The notes under the pieces are model-generated. The model made no database searches. It was not told the origin of the DNA and worked only from the letters and a program-made list of their open reading frames with translations. A program made the position numbers and the translations under genes. Shown one piece after another: positions 1-8,839 of a stretch of DNA of 64,000 bases. Source of the DNA: an uncultured archaeon (GTDB lineage Archaea > Aenigmatarchaeota > Aenigmatarchaeia > QMZP01 > JACQNV01); assembly GCA_964631205.1 (NCBI GenBank), contig CAZVWU010000005.1, positions 19,711-83,710 of the forward strand. Reading direction: 5' to 3'. Each line of letters begins with the position of its first letter. Within the stretch, counting starts at the first letter, position 1.

Positions 1-1
1 T

Positions 2-256
2 CTGACTGACAGAAGGATAATAAAAAAGAGTGGGATACTAAAAAGCGAAGTGAATGCATGGGAATTAAGGCAGGTTATCAACCTGAAAATTTACCAGTCC
101 CTCATGGGAAGGCTCACTGGGTTTGGCACAGTTGATGTTGTGTTAACAGGCAACAATAATCTGTTTTTGGAGTCTGTGAGGCACCCGGAGAAATTGATGG
201 CGATTCTTGAAGAGCTGGTGGAGGAAAAGACAAGCGAAGTCAAGTTAACAAAATAG
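2..256 (+). CDS. C-terminal fragment of a hypothetical protein. The ORF is open to the window start and may be a bPH_2/YdbT-like domain.
   Basis: The reading frame is open from position 2 with no upstream stop and stops at 256. Weak resemblance to membrane-flanked PH-like domains. Confidence 0.3.
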   Translation: MTDRRIIKKSGILKSEVNAWELRQVINLKIYQSLMGRLTGFGTVDVVLTGNNNLFLESVRHPEKLMAILEELVEEKTSEVKLTK

Positions 257-319
257 CCACTTATTTTCTGCAAGAACAATAATGGAGCTGTTGGAAGAAT
301 TGATCAAGAAAAGAGATAG

Positions 320-1543
320 CTACACCCATGTTTGTTCCCTTGCAGGCCCATAAGAAACAACAGTTATAGGGGCTCCAACAACTTCTTCCATCTCTCTTTT
401 GAAGCGGGAAAATTCCTCGTCAAGGTAGATCCTCCCTTCATTTTCTTTTACAACAGTTTGCCATAGGAAGTTTCTTGTGTATGAAGGGCCTGACTCGCCA
501 ATCCTAGCTTTTACAGGCATGCCATTAAACACATCTGCCTTTGTTATAGCCATTTTTGTGACACCGTTGATTTCTACAGCTCTTTTTGTAAGAACCCAAT
601 CAGGCCATCCAAGACGCCTAGGTCTGCCTGTTGTTGTTCCCCACTCAAATCCTCGACGCCTCAGCAGCCTACCTTTTTGGTAGTTATCTATTTCTGCAAG
701 AGACAATTCCCCCTGTGTCATTTCAGTATATGTCAGGTCTCCACTCAGGATTTCTTCCTTATCGTTTTTTAGGGTTTGATAATCGCCTAACTCTGTTGGA
801 AAAGGCCCTTCGCCAACACGTGACATGCAGATTTTTGCAACCCCCATCACTTCCTCTATTTCAGTTGGTGGTATACCGAGACCTGTACAGGCACCTCCTG
901 CTGTAGTATGCGAAGATGTGACAAAGGGATAATCGCCTAAATCTATGTCGAGGAATGTTCCTTGTGCACCTTCAGCTAATATATATTCCCCTCTTTTCAG
1001 GGCAGCCAGGATAAACTCCTCAGTATCCTTAACAAACTGTTTTAAGGAGAGTTCAGCCTCAGTCCTTACAGCATTCTTTTCGTTTAGATATTCCCCTATC
1101 CTTACACCTGTCCGCGCATATTTCTTTGAATAAGTCGGACCGATCCCTTGACCAGTAGTACCTAGACGCCGACCCTCCTCTCTATCTTGTTTTATACAGT
1201 CTGGCAAAATTACATGAGCTCTGCTGGAAATAAGTAAGTTGTCTGGGGTTATTTTTATCCCATTGTTTTCCAAGTCCACAATTTCCTCAAAAAGTTCATC
1301 GGTGTTGATTACTACCCCACAGCCTAAAACAAAAATAGTCCCTTCATGCAAAATTCCGGAAGGTATCTGATGCAATTTGTATGTTTCCCCGCCATGCATA
1401 ACTGTGTGACCTGCATTTGGTCCGCCATTATATCTTCCAACAACTGTATATTGATCGTGCCTAGGAGAGCTTAGTAAGTAATCTACTACTTTTCCTTTGC
1501 CCTCATCCCCAAAATGTAGACCTACAATCACATCTGCTGGCAT
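320..1543 (-). CDS. purA: Adenylosuccinate synthetase
   Basis: 407 aa. N-terminal GDEGKGK P-loop, GGPNAGHTV and a TTGRxRR-like motif (TTGRPRRLGW), typical of PurA. Confidence 0.93.
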   Translation of the reverse strand: MPADVIVGLHFGDEGKGKVVDYLLSSPRHDQYTVVGRYNGGPNAGHTVMHGGETYKLHQIPSGILHEGTIFVLGCGVVINTDELFEEIVDLENNGIKITPDNLLISSRAHVILPDCIKQDREEGRRLGTTGQGIGPTYSKKYARTGVRIGEYLNEKNAVRTEAELSLKQFVKDTEEFILAALKRGEYILAEGAQGTFLDIDLGDYPFVTSSHTTAGGACTGLGIPPTEIEEVMGVAKICMSRVGEGPFPTELGDYQTLKNDKEEILSGDLTYTEMTQGELSLAEIDNYQKGRLLRRRGFEWGTTTGRPRRLGWPDWVLTKRAVEINGVTKMAITKADVFNGMPVKARIGESGPSYTRNFLWQTVVKENEGRIYLDEEFSRFKREMEEVVGAPITVVSYGPAREQTWV

Positions 1544-1596
1544 AGAGAACCTGAACGATTTACAAATATTATATTTTATAATTAGTTGAAAGCTTT

Positions 1597-2343
1597 TTAT
1601 ATCTGCTCTTTTTTATCTTCCCTTCTATATTCTGCATTCAACAATTCCCAAATCCTTTTAGCTTTTTCCTCGCCTATTCCTTCCACATTCATGAGCTTTT
1701 TCTGCTTTGCATTGAAGATTTTTTTGACAGAACCGAAATGTTCGAGTAGCCTTCTGCTTAAAACATTTGAGACTGCGGGCAGGCCGGCGACTATAAATTC
1801 CTGGTGATCTTCTGTTGTTTCTGTCCGGGTTTTTGCGCGGATTTGGATCCCCCTTTTTTCATGGTCCTGCTCCCTCTTTGCAATCCAATAAATCATTTCA
1901 GCTGTTTCTTTTGAATTTGCAGTCCATATAACCGGGATTTTATAATCAATTGCTATAGACGACATGACCCCTCTTACTGTGTTTGGGTGGATCTGCCTTT
2001 CAACAAACAGCATATCTGGATTTCCCTCCAATAGGAGCAAAGGCCTTTCAAAAGAATCTGATATTTCAGCCATCTGCCTGAAAATTCTTTGGTCTGTTAT
2101 AGACTGTAAAAAATCAGAGCAGGTCTTTTTTTCTATCCCTACCCTGTCAGAGCAGATAAAATCTGCAACCCTTAACTGCTTCAATACAACATCTGCGCCC
2201 AGCTCCCTGATGTAGGCAGGCACCATGTTGTTTTCCCGATGGTCTACAAAAACAGTTATCTTTCCGGAAGGGAAGGTTTTCTGCGCAAAAAGGTTTTTTA
2301 TCTCTTCTTCAGAGTTCTCAGCTTGCTGGTTTTGATTTTCCAT
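1597..2343 (-). CDS. ERCC4-type (XPF/Hef/Mus81-like) structure-specific nuclease with a C-terminal HhH2
   Basis: VFVDHRE...ERCC4 catalytic motif followed by tandem helix-hairpin-helix (GLPAVSNVLSRRLLEHFGSV...VEGIGEEKAKRI). No helicase domain in this gene. Confidence 0.8.
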   Translation of the reverse strand: MENQNQQAENSEEEIKNLFAQKTFPSGKITVFVDHRENNMVPAYIRELGADVVLKQLRVADFICSDRVGIEKKTCSDFLQSITDQRIFRQMAEISDSFERPLLLLEGNPDMLFVERQIHPNTVRGVMSSIAIDYKIPVIWTANSKETAEMIYWIAKREQDHEKRGIQIRAKTRTETTEDHQEFIVAGLPAVSNVLSRRLLEHFGSVKKIFNAKQKKLMNVEGIGEEKAKRIWELLNAEYRREDKKEQI

Positions 2344-2677
2344 AATCTAAATAATTTGTTAATTTCTTCTTTAAAATAGCAATAAGTTCAGGGTCTTCTC
2401 TCCAATAATTATCAGGAATATTTAGATCTATAATAGGCTTCTTTAAATTAGGAAATTTATCCTCTATAAAAGTTCTGTGACCTTCCAGTCTTTCACAAAA
2501 AACAAAAATAATGTCAGCCCACTCCACCAGCTCTTTTGAAATTGGGGTTGGGGAAAGCGGATGGATTCCGCAGGACCTTACTTCAAACCTTTTGTCTTTG
2601 CTAAACAAATCTTGCGCAGTTGGGCTTCTATGGGTATTTGCTGTGCAGACAAAAAGGATTTTTTGCTTTTTCTCCAT
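2318..2677 (-). CDS. Low-molecular-weight protein-tyrosine phosphatase / ArsC-like phosphatase
   Basis: P-loop FVCTANTHRSP matches the C-x2-N-x2-R-S signature of the LMW-PTP/ArsC family. 119 aa. Confidence 0.65.
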   Translation of the reverse strand: MEKKQKILFVCTANTHRSPTAQDLFSKDKRFEVRSCGIHPLSPTPISKELVEWADIIFVFCERLEGHRTFIEDKFPNLKKPIIDLNIPDNYWREDPELIAILKKKLTNYLDYGKSKPAS

Positions 2678-2689
2678 AAAATAAAAAAT

Positions 2690-3013
2690 TTAGGAAATTT
2701 TAGAACCAACCTTGACTTCCCTGTCCGGCGTCAATAAAGAGACAGTCCCGTCCTCTTCAGTAACAGCCAGCAGCATGCCTTGCGATTCGACTCCACGGAA
2801 TTTGGCTGGCTCAAGGTTTGCGATAATTATTATTAGTTTTCCTATTAATTCTTCTTCAGAATAATCTTTTTTAATTCCAGAAACAAGCTGGATTTTTTTG
2901 TCCCCTAAATCTACAATTAATTTATATAATTTGTCTGATTTTTCTATCGGTTCTGCAGACAATATTTTACCTGTTTTTAATTCGAGCCTTTTAAAATCCT
3001 CTAACGTGGCCAT
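2690..3013 (-). CDS. tRNA-binding domain protein (Trbp111/CsaA/EMAP-like)
   Basis: 107 aa OB-fold tRNA-binding domain pattern (KVGKILSAEP...LYKLxVDLG...SGI...). Confidence 0.8.
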   Translation of the reverse strand: MATLEDFKRLELKTGKILSAEPIEKSDKLYKLIVDLGDKKIQLVSGIKKDYSEEELIGKLIIIIANLEPAKFRGVESQGMLLAVTEEDGTVSLLTPDREVKVGSKIS

Positions 3014-3056
3014 AGCCCAAGTATATATTAGGGGTTGGAATTATATAATATACTAT

Positions 3057-4841
3057 ATGAGAAAATTAGCCTTTTTTGTAGTGGTTTTATCTGTATTTTT
3101 ATTTGCTGATTACGCGGCTGCACAGTCGCCTACACCTAATCCGGTTGCGCAGACCACGTTCATGCCGTCGCCCCCCGCTTTTGATAAACCCTTTATCTGG
3201 CTCGTCACAACACCTGCGCTTGTAGAGCCTGCTAGGGTCAGCTGGCAGGTTACTGGAGGCGGGAGTGGAAATTTTAACAAGATAGCGGATACAAAATGGT
3301 TCTGCTTTTTTTCAAGCGACCAGACATCTACATGCGGCCCCACCCCATTCACAAGCGCGGGGGGCGGGACATCGAGAAACTATTTGGTCACCATAAAATC
3401 CGGGCAGCTAAACAACAACGGCGAAGCTGGCGTTGTCCAAATTAGCCAGTTGCCAGCGCTTGCAGCAGCTGTTTATAAAGCAGATCTTAACCTTGGTTAC
3501 ATGGAAGGGAGCGGTTTTACTGATACCTCAGCTACAGTAAAATACAAAGTTTTATCTGCTATCGACCCATCAGTTGAAATTAGAGCTGGGCCGGCAAACT
3601 ACAGCGCGGGCCCTGGAAGATTTGAGGCCGATTTTAAAACCAATCCCCTTGCTGCCGGAAAATATTTTCTATTATTTGAATTGACGAAGAATGATGGCAA
3701 AAAGGGGGGCTCTGTTGGTTATTTTGAGGTTGCAGCTGCACCTACACAAACGCCAACACCAACAGCTAAAAGCTCGCCTATAGAAGCAGATCCTGTTTCT
3801 ATCAGCGCCAAAGCAAACCAGACTGAAAATTTAGAATTCCCGTCCAGAATTAGAAACCCGACAAATGATTCTGTAACCAATTTAACAGCTGCTTTGCCGA
3901 GTTCTCTAACCTCTTTTATGCAAGTCTTGATTGTTAATGACTCAATAGCGGCTGGCGATTTTGTCGACTATAAGATCAAGATCCCGGATGTGCAGTCATC
4001 CCTAACATTGTCAGGGAAATTCAATATAACCGGTATTTCCAATGGGACGACAGTGGTTGCTGAAGTCCCTTTCAATATAAAAGTGGATGTTATAATACCG
4101 CAGGTGGGAAATGTGGAATCTGAAAGGCCAATTCTGGATGCCTCACCTGCATTTTTCTCTGAAACATTGCTGGCAAACAAAAAATTCATTGACAGGATCA
4201 CAGTGAAAAACAAGGGCAAAGGGGGGCTTGGGTCATTTAGCATTGAATTCAAAGGGATAAGCAGGGATTTGATAAAAGCTGAACTGCCTTCTGAGGACAT
4301 ACCAGAAGGCGGCCAGGGATTCATAGAAATAGAAGTGACACCGCCGGCAGAACAGAAATATACCGGCTCTATACTCATTAAAAGCAACGGAGGCGAGAGA
4401 GAGATAGGCGTAAGTTTTGAAGCTTTTGAAGACATATCATCTGACATCGACTCGCTGGGCCTGAAAGTCAGTTCAATAATAGCAAACATAACAGGGAAAG
4501 GGTATACGGAAACAGAAGCAAAGGATATATTCATCGATGTGACAGCAGACCTTGCGACAGCCAAAGCAGAATGGGATTCAAAAAGATACAAGGAAGCTAA
4601 AGCAGCTTACAGGTTGGCTGAAGGCAAACTTCAGAGCATCGAAAACCTATTGGCCAGCAGGAAACCGAGTGAAGGTTTAGGCATATTATTGCCGGTAATA
4701 ATAATCGTTGCGGTGCTGGCTGTTGCTTTTGTGGCATTCAGGAAATTCAAAGGCAAGAAGCCTGAAGAAGGGTATGCAGAAGATGAGTATGAGGAGGAAG
4801 AAGAGTATACAGAACCTGAAGAAGGTGAAGAGCAACAATAA
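3057..4841 (+). CDS. Secreted surface protein with a C-terminal TM anchor and acidic tail
   Basis: Start moved to the internal ATG (MRKLAFFVVVLSVFLFADYAAAQS, a signal peptide), because the track start overlaps the convergent gene. C-terminal LLPVIIIVAVLAVAFVAF TM segment followed by a Glu-rich tail. Confidence 0.7.
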   Translation: MRKLAFFVVVLSVFLFADYAAAQSPTPNPVAQTTFMPSPPAFDKPFIWLVTTPALVEPARVSWQVTGGGSGNFNKIADTKWFCFFSSDQTSTCGPTPFTSAGGGTSRNYLVTIKSGQLNNNGEAGVVQISQLPALAAAVYKADLNLGYMEGSGFTDTSATVKYKVLSAIDPSVEIRAGPANYSAGPGRFEADFKTNPLAAGKYFLLFELTKNDGKKGGSVGYFEVAAAPTQTPTPTAKSSPIEADPVSISAKANQTENLEFPSRIRNPTNDSVTNLTAALPSSLTSFMQVLIVNDSIAAGDFVDYKIKIPDVQSSLTLSGKFNITGISNGTTVVAEVPFNIKVDVIIPQVGNVESERPILDASPAFFSETLLANKKFIDRITVKNKGKGGLGSFSIEFKGISRDLIKAELPSEDIPEGGQGFIEIEVTPPAEQKYTGSILIKSNGGEREIGVSFEAFEDISSDIDSLGLKVSSIIANITGKGYTETEAKDIFIDVTADLATAKAEWDSKRYKEAKAAYRLAEGKLQSIENLLASRKPSEGLGILLPVIIIVAVLAVAFVAFRKFKGKKPEEGYAEDEYEEEEEYTEPEEGEEQQ

Positions 4842-4844
4842 GTA

Positions 4845-6251
4845 TTATTCTGCTTCTTCCTTATTTCCTCTGCTCCTTAAATAAAAGAATATTGATATTA
4901 TGATAACTACAAAAACTAAAATGGCTACTATAGTATAAGCGTCTGCTGGTTTTCTAATAGCAGGCCTTTCTTCTTTGGTTGAGACCTCCTTAATGTCCTC
5001 TGTAAATATCTTGCCTTTTGCTTTTTCAAGCAGGCTAAGCAGGCTTTGATATTCCTCGACATCTATCCCTTTTTCCCTGTATTTGGCCACAAAATCCCTC
5101 ACCTGCAAATCAATCTCAACCCTTTCTTCCGAGTTCAGCTTATCCCTTATTTCAGACCAGTATGCATTTACATTGGCTTCTGTATCCCTGAAGGACAAGT
5201 AAGATTTCAGCCTTTTCTCTGAATCGCTGCTGATTATAAACTCCAGTTCAAAATTTTCAGGGCTTATAACCTGAGGCGCTATCTCGATAATCAGCTCCCT
5301 TTTTTCCCCGCTAGCTATTCTAAGTGTAGATTTTGCAAAAGCTGATGACAACCCTTTCGGCAAATTCAGGTCAACTGTGAATTCTTTTTCTTCCTCATAA
5401 TTTTCAATTGTTAAGGTGTAAGGTATTCGCTTTGTGTCATATGCAGAGTAGCTGTTTGGGGTTACATAGGCATACCAGCCCTGCAGCCCTATAGTATCCA
5501 CAAAAATAGTTGAAGTTATTTCTTTTTTGCAGAACGGCATTATTTTTGAATCGCAGAGTTTTCCGTTGACCACTGCTTCTGCAATAATTGTTGCTTCATG
5601 GGAGCCGCTTTTTGCCGGGCCGACTTGAAACTCCACTGTTTCCCATTTCCTAGGCTCAAGCCTTATATACTCTGTTTTTGGTTTTATATCAATCCTGCTT
5701 CTGGCTGTCAGCTGGATATCTATTTTGTTTTGCGAGTAAAGCCGGACTGGCAGGATCCCGGGCTCATCTTTCTTCAGCGGCATCTTGTCCCCATAAACAA
5801 AATAGGCGTCAAACATCTTCTCGTCCCTGATAGTAAAATCGCAGGGGTTTGTTTCAGGCCTTCCTATCGCTACACTGGTTCTGTTGGAAGAAATGCAGAA
5901 CCCGCCTTTAACAAACTCGTTTGCTGTTTTGTCTGAATTGATGGTGATTGTGTAGTCTGAGAAGTCGCCGTCTTTTCTGCCCTTAGAGAGGAAACATAGC
6001 GGGATGCTGACTATATTTTTTGGCGAGGCCAGGACATCTATGAATTTTATGTTTGTTTCAGCGTCTGTTGTCACATTTATTTTTATCCTATCCTCCTCGT
6101 AGACTCCAATATCGGGTGTCAGCTTCACATTTATGCATTTTTCTGAATCTGGCTGGATTGTGAAATAGAAGTTGTTTTTAAGTTCCCTTGCTTGCGTTAG
6201 GTTTACTGCCAATAACCCTAAAACCACCAGCAATATAATTTTTCTTGTCAT
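4845..6251 (-). CDS. Secreted surface protein (signal peptide + C-terminal TM anchor). Paralog of 11611..12969.
   Basis: N-terminal signal peptide MTRKIILLVVLGLLAVNLTQA. C-terminal TM VAILVFVVIIISIFFYL followed by RSRGNKEE. Shared blocks with 11611..12969 (YTLTIENYEEEKEFTVDLNLPKGL vs YYLEIRNYGEEKDYAVELSLPRGL). The start overlaps the upstream gene end by 4 nt (operon). Confidence 0.75.
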   Translation of the reverse strand: MTRKIILLVVLGLLAVNLTQARELKNNFYFTIQPDSEKCINVKLTPDIGVYEEDRIKINVTTDAETNIKFIDVLASPKNIVSIPLCFLSKGRKDGDFSDYTITINSDKTANEFVKGGFCISSNRTSVAIGRPETNPCDFTIRDEKMFDAYFVYGDKMPLKKDEPGILPVRLYSQNKIDIQLTARSRIDIKPKTEYIRLEPRKWETVEFQVGPAKSGSHEATIIAEAVVNGKLCDSKIMPFCKKEITSTIFVDTIGLQGWYAYVTPNSYSAYDTKRIPYTLTIENYEEEKEFTVDLNLPKGLSSAFAKSTLRIASGEKRELIIEIAPQVISPENFELEFIISSDSEKRLKSYLSFRDTEANVNAYWSEIRDKLNSEERVEIDLQVRDFVAKYREKGIDVEEYQSLLSLLEKAKGKIFTEDIKEVSTKEERPAIRKPADAYTIVAILVFVVIIISIFFYLRSRGNKEEAE

Positions 6252-8773
6252 GGGCAGGCCTCCGTATAATTCAGGAACTTGAACTCGTCTTCTATTTTTC
6301 CTGCTAACTTTCCGCTATCGCAGTTTACAAAAACCTTTCTTTCAGCCCCTTCTTGGGGGGGATTAAGCAAGGAGTTTGCATTTGCTTCGAAAAATTGATG
6401 GGTGCCTGTGACGTTATAAACACGGAATCCCTTATCTGCCTGCCTTATCCAATAATAGTCTGTTGTGTTTACTTCAGAACACTTATCGCCAAATATGCTG
6501 TCTTTTTCATTTATCCATTTGCCTTTAGTGAAATCGCATGCAGGCCTCTGGTTGCCATTCAGGCTAAACCACAAACCATCTGAGCAGGTGTAAGCCTCAA
6601 GATTGTAGAACCCTTTCACATTTTCATCGCCGCACACAGTTGCAGTTTTACCGCTCACGCTGCCTTTTGCCCATATAAGGCTTGAGACAAACTCCTTGAT
6701 TGTCTTGGGCTCGCCTGAGGAACGCCCTATGGACTGCCTTGCCCTGTCTTCAGCCAGCTTCACTTTGCCGCACATCTCAACAACTCCATGGAGCTTGCCT
6801 GAAAACTTTTTGGATGCGCCTTCACCTATAACATCCACATCAGGTATAGCTTGGGCTCCTTTGAATGTTCCTGCATAACTGGGCGCTGCGGGGATGCTGG
6901 CGAGGCCAGCAAGGCTGCCTATGCCCCCAAATATTAACGTTGCAGTATCCAGGTTTCTTCCTGTCTGGATAAGTTCAACTGCCTCCTTCCATGGGACTCC
7001 GCCACCAAAAAATAAATCATAAACAGCCTTGTCTGCATGAGATACCTCTCCTAGAGGCAGGGCTACCTCTTGGTTAGGGCTAAGTGTTAATGGCCCGCTG
7101 ACATCTGTTGTTCCTATCAATGACACCCTAACCGCGCCTAAAACCACTCCGATAGCTGATAAGACTATCCCTGTAATTTGCATTGCGCTTACCGGAGTTC
7201 CGTAGCATAGCCTAAGGGCCAGGACAGCTATCTGCAGTATTAGGGATACAGCATTCAAAACTAATGATAAAAATGTTATTACAGAACCGCAAGCCCCGCT
7301 AAGAGTCCCATATGTCGCTATACTTGCAGCAACGCAGACAGCGCTTGTTACAGCGAGATAAATGCCTATAGCAAGCATTATCCAGTTGATTGTCAAAGTG
7401 ATATCGCTCATGGTTTTGATTCTTCTTTCAGCTCGTTTTACTGTATTCTGGACGCTTTCCAGTTCTGCCAGATCTTCCCCCAGTATATCAAGGTCTAGTG
7501 TGGTTTTGTTTGCTATTTCTATTGTTTCTGTCCCCTTCTGTGTCAGGACATTCATGTACATCCCTATCAGCAGCGACCTGGAAGGGGAGTTTTTGTCCAG
7601 CTTTGTCATTTTTGGTATTTCCAGGATACAATCGTATTCAGAAACATCATATACCTGCGGCTTCTGTATGTCGCCTAAATTCAAACCATATTGCGCAATG
7701 TTTTTTGGGGTGCATATTGGCTTATAAGTTTTGGCTGTGGAGTTTGGCTTTGTGTCTGCATTTATTTGGTGGTAGAAAGAGGTTGGGGATATCGAATAAT
7801 TCAGGGGCGCATTTTCTATGTGGAATTTTAAATTTAAGGGAAGGGGCTGGCAGCTTGCGTTTGGCGCGCCCTTGCCTATAAGAAGCTCAGGGACAACGCA
7901 ATTTAATTTCGGGGGCTCTATCTCATCGATTATTAAACTGATGCCTGTCTTTGGCTTGCACCCTGTCCTTGCCGGGAACTGGCCTTCAGGGCACCTGCAA
8001 TCCTGCCAGCATGTCTGGTAGTTTTCGCCTATGTCGCACCTTGCATCACCGCAGACCTGCGGGACATTATAGAAAGTTATTGGCGAATAGATTTTTTCAT
8101 CTGCCGGGAAAGCAAATATGTAGCCTGAATCTTTTTCCAATTCAGAAACCTCCCTTGGGTTTTCCAGGTTTATGTTTTGGGGGGAATTTTTTGCAGCCAC
8201 CCCAGCAGTTATCTGGTATATTTTCTTGCCTTTGAAATCAACCCTGTCTACAAAACTTGCAGGGATCATCCCATAGCTTTGTATGAATTTTTTCACGTCA
8301 GTTATGTTTACAGAGGAGTAGAGGTCGATTTCGCCGGGGTCTGTATTTTGGACTCCGCCATCCAATATATAACTCCAGTCAGCCAGCCAGCTCTGGTTTG
8401 TTTTTATTAAACTGATGATGCCAGCTTTTCCGTTATTTTCCAGCTCTGAAAGTTTTAAGATGGCGTCAGCCTTGTTTGCAAATTCTATCGGGCTTGATTT
8501 TATGCAGTCTATGGGGTTTTTGTCTTTGCATAAATACAATAAAGCAGCCTCTACAGAGGAACCAGAACTTCCTATGTCAATCCTTACATCGCCCGAATCC
8601 CCTACTCCAATCAGCTTTCTCTCCAAGTAATCATTGATGTCGAGCTTTATCTGTTCTGTGGCTTTCTGTGTTATGATATTTATGTTTACTGCGACAGCAG
8701 TGTTTGCATTTACAAGCAAAAATATTGATGCAAAGACAGCTATGCAGAGCAGGTTATAGTTGAGAGTTTTCAT
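6248..8773 (-). CDS. Large polytopic membrane protein with Cys-rich extracellular regions
   Basis: 841 aa. Signal peptide, a central cluster of about six hydrophobic helices (IMLAIGIYLAVTSAVCVAASIA...), and a CGDARCDIGENYQTCWQDCRC Cys-rich motif. Confidence 0.75.
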   Translation of the reverse strand: MKTLNYNLLCIAVFASIFLLVNANTAVAVNINIITQKATEQIKLDINDYLERKLIGVGDSGDVRIDIGSSGSSVEAALLYLCKDKNPIDCIKSSPIEFANKADAILKLSELENNGKAGIISLIKTNQSWLADWSYILDGGVQNTDPGEIDLYSSVNITDVKKFIQSYGMIPASFVDRVDFKGKKIYQITAGVAAKNSPQNINLENPREVSELEKDSGYIFAFPADEKIYSPITFYNVPQVCGDARCDIGENYQTCWQDCRCPEGQFPARTGCKPKTGISLIIDEIEPPKLNCVVPELLIGKGAPNASCQPLPLNLKFHIENAPLNYSISPTSFYHQINADTKPNSTAKTYKPICTPKNIAQYGLNLGDIQKPQVYDVSEYDCILEIPKMTKLDKNSPSRSLLIGMYMNVLTQKGTETIEIANKTTLDLDILGEDLAELESVQNTVKRAERRIKTMSDITLTINWIMLAIGIYLAVTSAVCVAASIATYGTLSGACGSVITFLSLVLNAVSLILQIAVLALRLCYGTPVSAMQITGIVLSAIGVVLGAVRVSLIGTTDVSGPLTLSPNQEVALPLGEVSHADKAVYDLFFGGGVPWKEAVELIQTGRNLDTATLIFGGIGSLAGLASIPAAPSYAGTFKGAQAIPDVDVIGEGASKKFSGKLHGVVEMCGKVKLAEDRARQSIGRSSGEPKTIKEFVSSLIWAKGSVSGKTATVCGDENVKGFYNLEAYTCSDGLWFSLNGNQRPACDFTKGKWINEKDSIFGDKCSEVNTTDYYWIRQADKGFRVYNVTGTHQFFEANANSLLNPPQEGAERKVFVNCDSGKLAGKIEDEFKFLNYTEACP

Positions 8774-8804
8774 ATTTTCATCACTTCTATTTATTTTGGG
8801 ATCT

Positions 8805-8827
8805 CAGCCCTTTTTCTAAAAGGGCTG
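8805..8827. terminator. Perfect 10-bp stem hairpin (CAGCCCTTTT-tct-AAAAGGGCTG) just after the stop of the 902-aa class III gene. Candidate intrinsic terminator or RNA stability element.
   Basis: Palindrome read directly. Followed on the plus strand by ATTTTTC. Related stem GCCCTTT/AAAGGGC occurs at 36268..36284. Confidence 0.4.
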
Positions 8828-8839
8828 ATTTTTCATATT

